Positions 44,819 through 55,205 are shown, counted from the first letter of the stretch. The stretch is DNA of 64,000 nucleotides from Longimicrobiales bacterium (GCA_965238005.1 OZ250165.1:2688001-2752000); one strand, 5' to 3'. Notes: generated from the sequence alone by a model not told the origin. Numbers and translations: made by a program.

Positions 44819-46006
44819 CTATGGCTTGCGACTGTCGCCGGTGAGGTACGCAGCCCAAAGCTCCATCAGGACGCGCCTGCGCTCGAACAGGTCGGAACGA
44901 GCGTAGGCGGCCTCCGCCTTGTTGCGGACCACGTGCGCCAAGGCCGCCTCCATGACCGCATGGGGGGTGTCCGTGCATTCGGCCGCCCAGTCCCTGAAGC
45001 TGGACCGGAAGCCGTGCGGCACGGCCGCGATGCCCAGTCCTCGAAGCAGCCTGGGGAGGTTGGTGTCGGAAAACACGCGGCCCTCCGGCGACGGGAACAC
45101 CAGACCGCCACCACCGCCGAGCGTCCGCGCCTCCTCGAGGATCACCATGGCGCGCCCGGACAGCGGCACCCTGTGGGGGCGCTGGGCCTTCATGCGCTCA
45201 CCGGGGATGGTCCACTCGGCCGTCTCGAGATTGATGTCATCCCAGCTTGCCAAGCGAACCTCACTGGAGCGGCACGCCGTCAGCACCAGGAACTCGAAGG
45301 CGAGCCTTGTCGTGAGGGTCGACGCCGAAGTCCGGGCCGCCTCGATCGCGCCCGCGACCTCCGCGTGAGGCAACGCGCGCATGTGCCGGACTACGACGCG
45401 CTGTCGGCCGAGCGCTTGACCGAGCACATCGCCAGCGGGGTTGTCCGGCCGAAGCTCCATCGCCACCGCCCACTTCATCACCGCCCCGATGCGCTGGCGC
45501 ACCCGCCGGGCGGTCACCTGCTTGTCGTGCCAGATCGGTGTCAGAACCGCCAGAACGTCGGCTGTCGTTATCTCGCCGACCGGTCGATTGCCCAGCTGTG
45601 GGAACGCATAGACGCGCAGGCTGGTGACCCAGTCCTTCGCATGCTTGGCGGTACGCCAGCCCGGCCGCAGCTGTTCCAGAACACGGGCGGCCGCCTCGGC
45701 GAACGTGGGCATGTCCCGGATCTTGTGCCGCTCGGTACGCGGATCGCCGCCCGAGCGCGCGATCTTGCGGTTCATGAATGCCTTCTCGCGCGCCTCGGCC
45801 AGCGATACCAGCTGGTAGCCCCCGAGCCCCATCGTGCGGGGTCGGCCCTGGATCCGTAGACGCTGCTCCCATCGGCGCGCGCCGGATCGGTCCACGCGCA
45901 GATAGAGGCCGTTCCCGTCACAGTAGTATCCGGGCTTGGCACTGCGCACGAAGGCCGCGCTGAGTGCGTTGTGCGGGCGTCTCCCTCGGTGTTTGGGCAA
46001 ATCCAT
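44819..46006 (-). CDS. P4-type tyrosine integrase
   Basis: DGNGLYL arm domain; TACRSSE, HGFRSSFRDW and LAH...AAY. Confidence 0.92.
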   Translation of the reverse strand: MDLPKHRGRRPHNALSAAFVRSAKPGYYCDGNGLYLRVDRSGARRWEQRLRIQGRPRTMGLGGYQLVSLAEAREKAFMNRKIARSGGDPRTERHKIRDMPTFAEAAARVLEQLRPGWRTAKHAKDWVTSLRVYAFPQLGNRPVGEITTADVLAVLTPIWHDKQVTARRVRQRIGAVMKWAVAMELRPDNPAGDVLGQALGRQRVVVRHMRALPHAEVAGAIEAARTSASTLTTRLAFEFLVLTACRSSEVRLASWDDINLETAEWTIPGERMKAQRPHRVPLSGRAMVILEEARTLGGGGGLVFPSPEGRVFSDTNLPRLLRGLGIAAVPHGFRSSFRDWAAECTDTPHAVMEAALAHVVRNKAEAAYARSDLFERRRVLMELWAAYLTGDSRKP

Positions 46007-46168
46007 TTCCTATATCCCGTATAAAGTATCGTATGACATGTACGGGAACATAGCGGACATACAGCGACTCTGTAACCCGGAGTGTAGTTATATAACTAAC
46101 TGCTATACTGAGAGTTATATAACCTTACCGGACACATATGGATTGTATTGGAATTTATGTACTGGAGA

Positions 46169-46889
46169 TGAGCGATCCGCCGTGGCCAGTGTTCAGCGCT
46201 TGGAGGAGATCGGCGGCCTCGCCGCCCCTGACCTCTCCGACGACGATGTGGTCGGGCCGGTGGCGGAGCGCGTGCCGGACCAGGTCGCGGATCGACACGG
46301 GCGCGTCGGAGCCGACGGCTCCGGCCTCGAAGCGCAGGCAGTTCGCGCGCTCGATCCTGAGCTCGAGCGTGTCCTCGATGGCGACGATCCTCTCCTCCTC
46401 GGGGAGCAGCTCGATCAGTGCGTTGAGGAGTGTGGTCTTGCCCGAGCCGGTGCCTCCGGAGACCAGGATGTTGCGCCGCGAAGTGAGAGTGTCGCGGGCG
46501 GCGCGGAACACCGTCTCTGGCAAGGCGCCCTGGCCAACGAGGTCTTCGGCCGAGAACGCGCGGCCCCCGAACCGGCGGATGGTCATAGCCACGTGGGGGC
46601 TTGCGGGCGGCGTGCATATGGCGACCCGGGAGCCGTCCTCGAGCCGCGCGTCTAGGACGGGCCGTGTGGCCGGATCGAGCCCGAGCGGCCTGGCGATGTG
46701 GATGGCCGCCCGGTAGAGTGCCGCGGCGGTGAGCGCCGGTGCCTCGATGGGCTCGAGCTCTCCGCCGCGCTCGACCCAGACGTTGCCGGGGCCGTTGATC
46801 ATCAGCTCGGAGACCTCCGGATCCTCGAGCACGGCCTCGAGGCCGGGCAGAAACGGCTTCAGATGCCCGATCCCGCTCGCGCGCTTCAT
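46169..46889 (-). pseudogene. trbB: VirB11/TrbB-type ATPase, N-terminal half
   Basis: GGTGSGKTT, IEDTLEL, LRHRPD.IVVGEVRG and LNTGHGG. Confidence 0.88.
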
Positions 46890-48168
46890 AGCCGGCCCTC
46901 CTCGCGGAGCCGCCAGTAGCCCGTGCTCCTCGGCAGGTAGTGGGGCTGCAGGTAGACCCGCCGGGCCGGAAGGGACTTCGTGCCGTCGTAGGGCAGGCAG
47001 ATCGCCTGATAGTTGGCGAGGAGCGTGAAGTCCCTCGGCGTGAACACCGGCTCCCGTGCCTGCCGGAACGACTTGCTCGCGCCGATCGTGCCCCGTCCGC
47101 CTCCGGCGCGTCCCGATAGCAGCGAGAACTCCGGCCTGCCCGTCGTCTCGGTGAACGTGTAGGACGGCTGCGTCTTCATGACGCTGCCGCACATCTCCGA
47201 TGCGATCCGGGCCGAGGACTCGTCGCTCAAGGACAGGAAGATCCGGGTGCGGAGCGTCTGGACCAGGGTGCGCCACGCGTCCGTGCCCGACAGCACGGAG
47301 CGGAGCGAGGAGATCGACTGCGTCGCGACGATCGGGATGCAGCGGCACTGCCGCGTCAAGGCGAACGCCTTCTCGTCGCCAGCGGGGTCGTCCTGGCCCA
47401 CGGTCGCGAACGCTTGGTACTCGTCGCAGATGAACACGGCGGGCCGGAGGTAGCGGCCGGGCCGGCGGGCGGCCTCGGCGGGCCGCCGGAGCAGCGCCTG
47501 CATCCAGGCGTTCTTGAGCAGCACGCCGATGGCGCGTCCGAGCGCCGGGTTCGCGCCGGCGGGCATGTTGAGGGCCAGGACCCTGCCCCCTTCGATCAGC
47601 TCGGCGAGCGGCGGCAGGCGGCGGCGAAGGCCCGGCATGGGCCGGACGGCCGCCGCATCCTCGTCCGGTGTCTCCTTATATAGATGTGTGGGCGCATCCG
47701 GATCCGGAGGCGGCGGACAGAACACGCTCGCGACCTGCGGCTGGTCGAAGAGCGAGAGGAAGACGGAGATGCCCTCGACGATCGAGGTGCGGAGCTTGGC
47801 ATCGAGCGCCATCCAATCGTTCAGGTACCAGCGCTCGATCGCCTCGACCTGGTCCTTGAGTTCGCTGCCTGCGCCGCTCTCGCCTTTCTCGGTCTCGAAC
47901 GGGATCTCGAACTCGGCGAGCCGATCCCGGAGGACCGGGTCGAGCCGGCACGTCACCGTGTCCTCACCGGAGGTATATATCCAGACCCAGTCATTCAGCG
48001 CTTCCGGATGGCCGATCATGTCGTCGTGGGAGATGACGACGCGCGCCGGGCACGCCTCAGCCACCAGGTCCTTGGCCTCGCGGATTCTCTCGGCGAATAG
48101 TTCCGCGTCGATCGTGCAGCGGTAGATGTCCTGCAGCGTGACCCAGCCCCCCGGCAGGAGCCGGTGCA
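46886..48168 (-). pseudogene. VirD4/TraD-type coupling protein, C-terminal half
   Basis: FICDEYQAF Walker B and IVATQSISSL; joins 62580-63342. Confidence 0.82.
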
Positions 48169-48701
48169 ACCTATCTAAAAGGCTCGTAAGTCGTTGTGGG
48201 TATTACCTAATCGGTTTGCGCGTGTCTAACAGTGCCCCCAGAGTTGCCCCATAATCGCACCCGCATCCAGCGCTCGCCATCAGCGTCCATTGCGATCCAG
48301 CATAGCGGAGCCATCGTCTCGGCCCCGCGGGTGCCAGCTGGCCGGCGCGGCCGCCCCGCAGGGCAGCCTAGTAAGATCATGCTATATCATCCGAGGCAGC
48401 CCTACGGACTGCCTCGGACAGCTAAATAACTCATTTTATACAAACGAGTTATATATTTAGCGACGGTGCTCTGCCCCCCATTATTTCCACCGGGACGAAA
48501 CGGATTTCCTCGGCCCTTCGTGGCCGTGAACGGACGCGTCAGTCCGAATGCCACGCGGCCACGCGCCCAAGGCCGAGCGGCTGAGCGTGGGGTCGGTGAT
48601 GCTCCGATCCGTACCGCCTGTGCCCAACCGACCCGGCGTCACGCCGCCCAACCAGTGGGTAGCATCTCCGCCTGTTCGAGTACCGCCCGCATCGCCATCA
48701 A

Positions 48702-49472
48702 TCACGATCCGGTCGTTGAGTTCGAAGTTACCCCCGCCGACGGGCAGATGGGTCCCATGTAGCATTCGCCGCACGCGGGTGCCCGCCTTGCGTGACACCA
48801 CGTGCGTCCGATCTGCCATGTTGGCCAGTCAAGCTCTCCGGGCCAATCCGGGTTGAGTTCGCGAGCGCGCAGCTGGAGCCCAATCTTCTGTTTCTCCGTG
48901 GTCGACCGTAGCTGGCTGTGTTCGAACCCTGGGAGAAGGTCCAGTCGCTTCCACACGCGTAGGACGTGAGTATCGACGGGAATGTCGGGCCTGGGCGTCG
49001 GGAGCTCGATGCCGAAGTCGCGGATCAGGATGTTCGCCGCCATGCTGGCAATCTTCGGACCCACACCGTCAAACTCCAGGAACCGTCTGGCGACTGCAAC
49101 ACCGCTGCTTCCGTTGGCCCAGATTCGTGCGGCGTCCCCGCCGTACCTGTCGCCGATAAGTCGGATGGCTGCGGGAAGTAATCGCTCCATGTCGGTGGCC
49201 AGCCGGTGGCCGGATGACGCGAGTACGGAGGACCAGACACTCCCCCGAAGCCCCGCTAGGGTCTCGAACTCGAAGTCCCCCGCGGCCTTACAAATCGCGT
49301 GTGGAAGGCTCCATGCGATATCGGCTTGCGTTTGACGGTCGGCGATGCACGCCAGCACGAACGCGTGCGGATAATGCTCAAGGTCGTTCACGAGGTCGCG
49401 CGCGGCGGGCTCGACGGTGATGCCGGAGACGCCACGCTCCTGCTCGAGCGAATCCTCACCGAACCGCTTCAA
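48702..49472 (-). CDS. HhH-GPD/endonuclease III-like DNA glycosylase with Fe-S motif
   Basis: FDGVGPKIA, IPVDTHVLRV and C-terminal C...C..C.....C. Confidence 0.8.
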   Translation of the reverse strand: MKRFGEDSLEQERGVSGITVEPAARDLVNDLEHYPHAFVLACIADRQTQADIAWSLPHAICKAAGDFEFETLAGLRGSVWSSVLASSGHRLATDMERLLPAAIRLIGDRYGGDAARIWANGSSGVAVARRFLEFDGVGPKIASMAANILIRDFGIELPTPRPDIPVDTHVLRVWKRLDLLPGFEHSQLRSTTEKQKIGLQLRARELNPDWPGELDWPTWQIGRTWCHARRAPACGECYMGPICPSAGVTSNSTTGS

Positions 49473-49807
49473 ACATGAGACGATGCGGTTTATCTCTGCC
49501 AGATAGAATCCCCCCTCATGGCCCTAGTTGCCTCAACTTGGAACCAAGCAACTGGACCCGTCTGTCTTCACAGCGGTCGCTCTCGCCGAGGCGGAGAATC
49601 CCGAGCGCGTGGAGCTTGCAGGTGGCCGACCCGCAGACCGGGCCGACGAAACCGGCCAAGACCTCTGAGCTAAGCCGACTGCTGAGAATCAACGTACGGC
49701 CACGGGCCTTCGCATCAAAGCCGAACTCCCTTCGTGGACTACGACGGCCCCCATCCCTCGGCCCGGTCCTCTCCGTGCAACTTCCCGGCGGTGTTCAGCC
49801 GCAGCGC

Positions 49808-49935
49808 GGCGCTGGCACACAAAGGTCCGCAACCAGATCGAGGCAGCGTATCGGCGCACGGACCTGTTCGAGCGCCGACGGCGACTCATGGACGATTGGG
49901 CCGCGTACCTCGCCGGTGGAAGCCGCAAGCCATAG
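49808..49935 (+). pseudogene. Tyrosine integrase C-terminal remnant
   Basis: RNQIEAAYRRTDLFERRRRLMDDWAAYLAGGSRKP*, homologous to the end of the 44819 integrase. Confidence 0.75.
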
Positions 49936-49971
49936 GTTGCAGCCCGCCGTCACGGCACCACAGGCGCAGGC

Positions 49972-50075
49972 TAAGGTGCGTAAGCCAGCCCACGCAATGT
50001 TAAACATTGCGAGCTGGCGAGGGGGGTGCTCCGCCCCCCCTTCGACCCCCCGAGGACCCGCGCTTCGGCGGATTT
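49972..50075 (+). other. ColE1-type oriT, copy 5
   Basis: TAAGCCAGCCCACGCAATGTTAAACATTGCG at 49981. Confidence 0.7.
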
Positions 50076-50228
50076 CGTGGGCGGGGGACTCCCCCCGGCC
50101 ACGGGCCATACTCTCGCTCTGGCCCATGCTCGGACCGCAAGACGCCGTGGACCGTGGATGTAAGCGTTCGGCGGGGCCATGAGGATGGCGCCGGACTTGG
50201 CCCACAACGGGGCTCCCTGACGGGGCGC

Positions 50229-50347
50229 GCGAGGTCATCGAAGCAACCCTCGCGCATGTGGCCCAGAACAGAGTGGAGGCGGCCTACCGGTGCTCGGAGC
50301 TGCTCCAGCGCCGACGCAAGCTGATGGACGACTGGGCTGCCTGTTGA
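50229..50347 (+). pseudogene. Second integrase C-terminal remnant
   Basis: EVIEATLAHVAQNRVEAAY..SELLQRRRKLMDDWA. Confidence 0.65.
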
Positions 50348-50383
50348 TGCTGCCTATTTTTCACGATTGAACTGTGCCAAGCA

Positions 50384-51118
50384 TCACCGAGACGATGGGA
50401 GGCGTTTGCCCAACTTCCAGATGCCCCTAAGGTGCATCATGTCAACCATTGGATTATACTCGCGGCCAAGGTTCTCTACAAAGAGCTTTGCTTTTCTCTC
50501 ATCGAACCTGTCGAAATCGTCAGCATCAGCGAGGAATTCTGATATATACCGAACCGCGTGACTTGCCCTTTCGAGCATGACGATAAATCGGTTAGCGTAC
50601 ATTGGGTGAACGACTTCGTTCATCATATGTATACCGAGGCGCCGCAAATCGAATTTTTGGAGAACTTCGTATATCGCATCAGTGGCATCGGAGATGTCAT
50701 TGACTGATTGTGGACCGATTCCGGAGCCTTCTAGAGACTGCTTCTCGTCAGCATGAGCGATGGTCTTGTTTCTGGCGACACGAGCAGATTTCGTGGCTTC
50801 CTTTGCCTTTTTCAAGGCATTCTCGATATCCACACGTAGCTCATCATCGTCATCACAAAACTCCAACAACCGTTCCACACTGACATTTGTCTTGGATCCT
50901 GTCTTAGGAGGGTCCGTCAGTCGCGATAACCGCAGAATCAAGTCATCCCAGAGCCTTGGCCAAATGTAGAGGTGAAATAAATCGCCGCCAAAAGGGTCAA
51001 TCGTTTGTCGTGCATCTAGCTCGCTGAACAAGTCCTTGTAGCTGTCGAGCGACCATTTCAGAGTAGTCCAATCCTCCCACAGCTTCTCGTGTATCTCAGC
51101 AGCCTTCCCTTCAAGCAT
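50384..51118 (-). CDS. HEPN AbiU2-like protein, paralogue of 14542
   Basis: LWDDLILRLSRLTDP and RNKTIAH; low GC. Confidence 0.7.
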   Translation of the reverse strand: MLEGKAAEIHEKLWEDWTTLKWSLDSYKDLFSELDARQTIDPFGGDLFHLYIWPRLWDDLILRLSRLTDPPKTGSKTNVSVERLLEFCDDDDELRVDIENALKKAKEATKSARVARNKTIAHADEKQSLEGSGIGPQSVNDISDATDAIYEVLQKFDLRRLGIHMMNEVVHPMYANRFIVMLERASHAVRYISEFLADADDFDRFDERKAKLFVENLGREYNPMVDMMHLRGIWKLGKRLPSSR

Positions 51119-51159
51119 GATCGTCGTTCCGTTCGCCCGAGCCCCGCTGATCGTCTGCC

Positions 51160-51593
51160 TCTACTGCCCGCGGTGCGCCAGCTTGGGCGACGCCAAGGCC
51201 AGCAAGCGCCCCGATGACGTTCTGGTGCGGATCGTGCCGGAAGCGGTTCAGCGTTCGCACGGATTCGGTCTTGGAGCAGACGCGGCTGCCCCTGCGTAAG
51301 TGGGTGATCGCCATCTACCTTTACACGACCAACCTTAAGGGCGTGTCGAGCATGAACCTCCACCGCGACCTGGACATCACCCAGAAGTACGCGTGGTTCA
51401 TGCTTCACCGCATCCGCAAGGCGTGGGGCGGCCAGTCGGCCAGCTTCTCCGGGCCGGTCGAGGTTGACGAAACCTACATCGGCGGGAAAGAGAAGAACAA
51501 GCACTCATCGAAGCGGCTTCGGGCTGGCCGTGGCGCGGTCGGGAAAACGGCGGTCGTCGGAGTCAAGGACCGCGAGACCAACAAGGTCGCGGT
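51160..51593 (+). mobile_element. IS1595-family transposase fragment
   Basis: CPRC...CGSCRKRFSV, AWFMLHRIR and VEVDETYIGG. Confidence 0.8.
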
Positions 51594-51900
51594 CGGCTTG
51601 CCATATCCGTTGCGGTAGCCCTCGGCCGAGTCCACCGTACTCCTGCGCTCTGACCTCTCCCGGCCTAACAACTCCGTGACTTCCTCCTCCATGATCTGTT
51701 GGATGAACTCCTGCGCCTTCTCCCTAACCATCCCCTCGAGCGTCTCCCACATCGGCCTGCTGGACGCACCCTGGGGTCCCGCGATATCCTCTCTCATGAG
51801 GCGACGTTCCTTTCCCCGGGCTGTCACCCGGGCTCGCTGGTTTAAATCTCAGCGCAAAGGTGCGTCGCCTCTCTTTTTACACACCCTTTGATCCTAGCTC
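51594..51900 (-). mobile_element. IS256-family 5' end fragment
   Basis: Terminal repeat GAGCTAGGATCAAAGGGTGTGTAAA; EEEVTELLGR..ER...GYRNGY. Confidence 0.75.
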
Positions 51901-51918
51901 GGAGCTGGAGGGGTTGGA

Positions 51919-52749
51919 GTGAGCGACGCGTCGAACATGGACGCCCCCTCAGGCTCTGACATAGTCCTTCAGGCCAAGGCCCTACCCCACCGGTCACCAC
52001 GAGAGCAGGCCCAGGCCCTAGTCGCCCTAATCCCCTACGTCGGCGGTGCAGTATCGGCGTACTGGGCGGGTAAGGACCTTGAGAGAGTCGTGGAGCGTAT
52101 CGAGCAGTTCGTGGGGGAGACCAGTGCTCGCATACGGCGCCTGGAAGCCCATGACAATCTCGATAAGGGCTTTCTTGAGACCGAGGAAGCGGCCGAATTT
52201 GTTATTGAGGTGACGAATACGGTCACCTTGGAGCGCGACTCCGAGAAACGGAATCTCTACGCGACCATCCTCGCAAATACCGCTCGACGGGATATCAACC
52301 GTTCGTTTTACCCGACGGCCCTGAAGCTGCTCGACGCGCTGGCACCCATTCATATAGAACTCTTGCGCGAACTCTTGCGGCGGAGAGAGAAGCATGAGAA
52401 AGGTGGGGGAGAGCATCATACCAGCACGAGGGAACTAGCGATCAAACTCCACCTTCAGGATCTGGAACAACTACGGTTGGCCGGACTGTCGGATGAAATT
52501 CCCCACGTCTTTTCCGAGAAGCCGGATGGTGTCCGTGGCTGGGACGCAGCGTTGGGAGCGGCCGACAACATCGGTGGCCCAGGCGCCGAAGCCTTGAAAG
52601 ACAAGTTTCGACAGTGGGACGATGACATCTTGGCGCACCTCCAATACATGGGGAAAGAGGGGTTGGTAGAACAGGTGTCCGAGAGACGAAGCAGCATCAC
52701 CCAGCTGAGTGTCCGACTGTTGGAGTGGCTATCGGAACCCGAGGGCTGA
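51919..52749 (+). CDS. Hypothetical protein, Abi-alpha/DUF4393-like with C-terminal wHTH
   Basis: LIPYVGG...EKRNLYATILAN...LLDAL...EGLVE pattern. Confidence 0.45.
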   Translation: MSDASNMDAPSGSDIVLQAKALPHRSPREQAQALVALIPYVGGAVSAYWAGKDLERVVERIEQFVGETSARIRRLEAHDNLDKGFLETEEAAEFVIEVTNTVTLERDSEKRNLYATILANTARRDINRSFYPTALKLLDALAPIHIELLRELLRRREKHEKGGGEHHTSTRELAIKLHLQDLEQLRLAGLSDEIPHVFSEKPDGVRGWDAALGAADNIGGPGAEALKDKFRQWDDDILAHLQYMGKEGLVEQVSERRSSITQLSVRLLEWLSEPEG

Positions 52750-52767
52750 CCCACCAACCGTCCCCGC

Positions 52768-53487
52768 TCAAGACTCTTTGCCCTCGTCTGTCTCGGGAGC
52801 GGCTGGGGCCATCTCCATAATCCTCTTTCCGATGGCCTTGAGCGACTCATCGGTCAACGACGGCCCTGTGCCAAGTGTCGACGTGCTCGTGTCCGCTGCG
52901 CCCACCAGGGAGTTAGGGGCTTGGTCGGGGAGCGGTCCTCTCCACGCGATGTACTCACGACCCTTTGGCGTCACCTCAATCAGGCCATCCCCCATCAGGA
53001 CCAAGTGGTGCCCTGCCAGCGCAGCGAGTATCGCGTTTCGCTCATTCGCACTGGGAATGAAGGCGTGAAGATCGGAGTCGAGGAGTCGCAGGGCGATTGG
53101 ACCGGCGGAAGAAGCTATGTGGTCCAGAACCAGTTGAGTCGCACGGACCAAGTAGCGATTTAGGTAGCGGTACTCCCACAGGTATGTCGCTGCCCGCTCT
53201 GACCGAATTGCTTCCCTCAGTCGATCGGCCTCTGCCCCACTGACGTCGGGTGGTAGCTCGACGTCGCCTTCTGGTACCTCGGGGGCGTCCTTGGTATCAG
53301 TTGGTGGGGCCTGTCGAGGAAGGGCGATCTCGCCCCCTCCTGGGAAACGGATCCTCGCAATCCGCCCGATTAGGGAACGCACCTCTTTCTTGAACAGAAC
53401 GAGCACAACCGTGCCGAGCAGGCCCACAAGAGGCGGCCAGCTTAGAAGGACCTCGAGATACGCGAGGACGATCTGGTGCACTTCCAT
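52768..53487 (-). CDS. Membrane-anchored hypothetical protein with wHTH-like C-terminus
   Basis: GGAGG RBS; LLSWP transmembrane segment; EVTPKGREYI. Confidence 0.6.
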   Translation of the reverse strand: MEVHQIVLAYLEVLLSWPPLVGLLGTVVLVLFKKEVRSLIGRIARIRFPGGGEIALPRQAPPTDTKDAPEVPEGDVELPPDVSGAEADRLREAIRSERAATYLWEYRYLNRYLVRATQLVLDHIASSAGPIALRLLDSDLHAFIPSANERNAILAALAGHHLVLMGDGLIEVTPKGREYIAWRGPLPDQAPNSLVGAADTSTSTLGTGPSLTDESLKAIGKRIMEMAPAAPETDEGKES

Positions 53488-53613
53488 CTGCCCTACCTCC
53501 TCCGTTGGGTGCCTGGCGAGAAAGATCGTCTGATGCGAGGGGCTGGACCAGCGTCGTCCATCCCGTGGGTCGTAGAACGAATTAACTAGACACGCTCCAC
53601 CACGTCGGCGATC

Positions 53614-53745
53614 GAGGTTGGGTCAATAGGTGTGTAAACGTATCAGGCGGCATTCTTCCGCTGTTGTGTTGAGACGGGCTTTCCGTCTTCGAACTTCCTT
53701 CCTTCAAACACGTCCTTGAGGAGGTGAGGAGCGCTCGATCTGAGC
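53614..53745 (-). mobile_element. IS256-family 3' end fragment
   Basis: APHLLKDVFEGRKFEDG...AA* followed by TTTACACACCTATTGACCCAACCTC, an imperfect match to the 51900 end. Confidence 0.65.
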
Positions 53746-53885
53746 GCGGGTCATGAGCCGTTCACGGTTATCCAGCGTCAACCGGGCGTTTGCGGCAGCG
53801 AAGCCACTCGGGTCGGTCGGAGGATCATGCCATCCATCTCACTGGGGGTCTTGTGGGAAAGTCTTACAAAATGTAAGATAGGATC

Positions 53886-54179
53886 ATGGACGAGATTCCG
53901 AAGTTGTCGAAGAAGGAGGCGGTCATCCTCCACCTCCTTGTGAACCAGGGCAGCATGTATGGCCTGGAGATGATCCGTGTGAGCGACGAATTGAAGCGCG
54001 GCACTGTCTATGTGACTCTGGGCCGGATGGCGGAAAAGGGCTACGTCGAGTCCAACCTGGAGGACGCACCGGAGGGCGGAGTCGCTCGGAGAGTCTATCA
54101 GGCCACCGGACACGGCAAGCGCGTCCTTAGCTTTTGGGAGCGAATGCGGTCGCTCGCCCCCTCCTTGAGCACGGCATGA
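53886..54179 (+). CDS. PadR-family wHTH regulator
   Basis: MYGLEM...GTVYVTLGRM..KGYVES...RRVYQATG.G. Confidence 0.8.
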   Translation: MDEIPKLSKKEAVILHLLVNQGSMYGLEMIRVSDELKRGTVYVTLGRMAEKGYVESNLEDAPEGGVARRVYQATGHGKRVLSFWERMRSLAPSLSTA

Positions 54180-54982
54180 ACGGCTTCCACGACACCTCCG
54201 GGCTCCTTCGTCAGATAGAGGCTCTGAGGACCGCGATGGAGAGCATTCGTCGAACGCAGAAAGCGCTGGAATGCTCTCCCGTGCTGGAAGGAGTCCGAAG
54301 AGCGCAGGAGGCGCTGGACAACTCCCAGCTGTCCGAGAGCATTCGCCGGACGCAGAAGGCGCTCGACTGTTCTCCCATGCTGGAAGGAATCCGAAGAGCG
54401 CAGGAGGCCTTGGACAACTCCCAGCTGTTCGAGAGCATTCGCCGGACGCAGAAGGCGCTCGACTGCTCTCCGATGCTGGAAGGAATCCGAAGAACGCAGG
54501 AGGCCCTTGGCAATTCAAGCCTGGCCCTTCATAGAGTCATCCGCCAGATGGCGAAGGCAAACGCTCTGGACTTCCGCGTTGGACATACCGGGACCCGCCT
54601 GGCTGCTCACGTAACTGAGGCTAAAGTGACGAGAGAAAAGGCGCAGGGGCGCGATCTGCGTGGTCGGCGACTAAGAAAAGCCGGGCAAACCGCTACGAAC
54701 TGGCTCGTGCGGTTGGCGAGTCGCCGAAAAGTCCAACGGCCGGTTGGTTCCTCGCTGCGCGGCGTCGCCGAGTTCGTTTTCTCCAAGAAGTCTTGCGAGC
54801 AAATCTACGACCCGCTAATCAATGACTTGCGGTTTGAGTATTTCGAGGCCTTGGCTTCGAACCGCAGGTGGAAGGCACGGTGGGTGCACGCGCGGGGATA
54901 CGGTAGCTTCTTGACAGCTGTGTTAGCCCACGCTGCTGCGTCGGGCGGTCATCTTGTTGTTCGGGTATGGCGAATCTTCTAG
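54176..54982 (+). CDS. PadR-coupled hypothetical protein with helical repeats
   Basis: ATGA overlap with padR; C-terminal IYDPLINDLRFEY.EAL. Confidence 0.6.
   Translation: MNGFHDTSGLLRQIEALRTAMESIRRTQKALECSPVLEGVRRAQEALDNSQLSESIRRTQKALDCSPMLEGIRRAQEALDNSQLFESIRRTQKALDCSPMLEGIRRTQEALGNSSLALHRVIRQMAKANALDFRVGHTGTRLAAHVTEAKVTREKAQGRDLRGRRLRKAGQTATNWLVRLASRRKVQRPVGSSLRGVAEFVFSKKSCEQIYDPLINDLRFEYFEALASNRRWKARWVHARGYGSFLTAVLAHAAASGGHLVVRVWRIF
54239..54520 (+). repeat. 96-bp (32-aa) tandem repeat, three copies
   Basis: Units start at 54239, 54335 and 54431: ESIRRTQKALDCSPMLEGIRRAQEALDNSQL. Confidence 0.9.
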
Positions 54983-55205
54983 GCGGCCGGATAGAGGTAG
55001 GAGTACGGTAATCGCCTGAAACCCGGCCTCACCGAAGTGAGGGTCTACTCGGCTGGTTGCCGCCCGCGGACCGAGGACCAGTGGTTTTCTTTGGCCCTGC
55101 ACGGTGAGCGTAGCGCGCCGGGACGGTGGAGGTCGCCCACACCACGACCTTCTGCCGATCAGCTACAGGTGCGCGGTGCCGACGCGGACGATTCGCCCAA
55201 TTCCT

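Larger units (their letters stand above)
39919..46175. mobile_element. 6.25-kb integrative mobilisable element inserted in trbB
   Basis: TGAGCGA direct repeats at 39919 and 46169; TATCGTATG and TCCCGTATAA motifs near both ends (about 40012-40034 and 46015-46035); integrase and oriT inside. Confidence 0.88.

Noticed and set aside
54239..54520. Repeat array as CRISPR or a DGR template/variable pair
   Set aside because: In-frame coding repeats without unique spacers; differences are not adenine-specific
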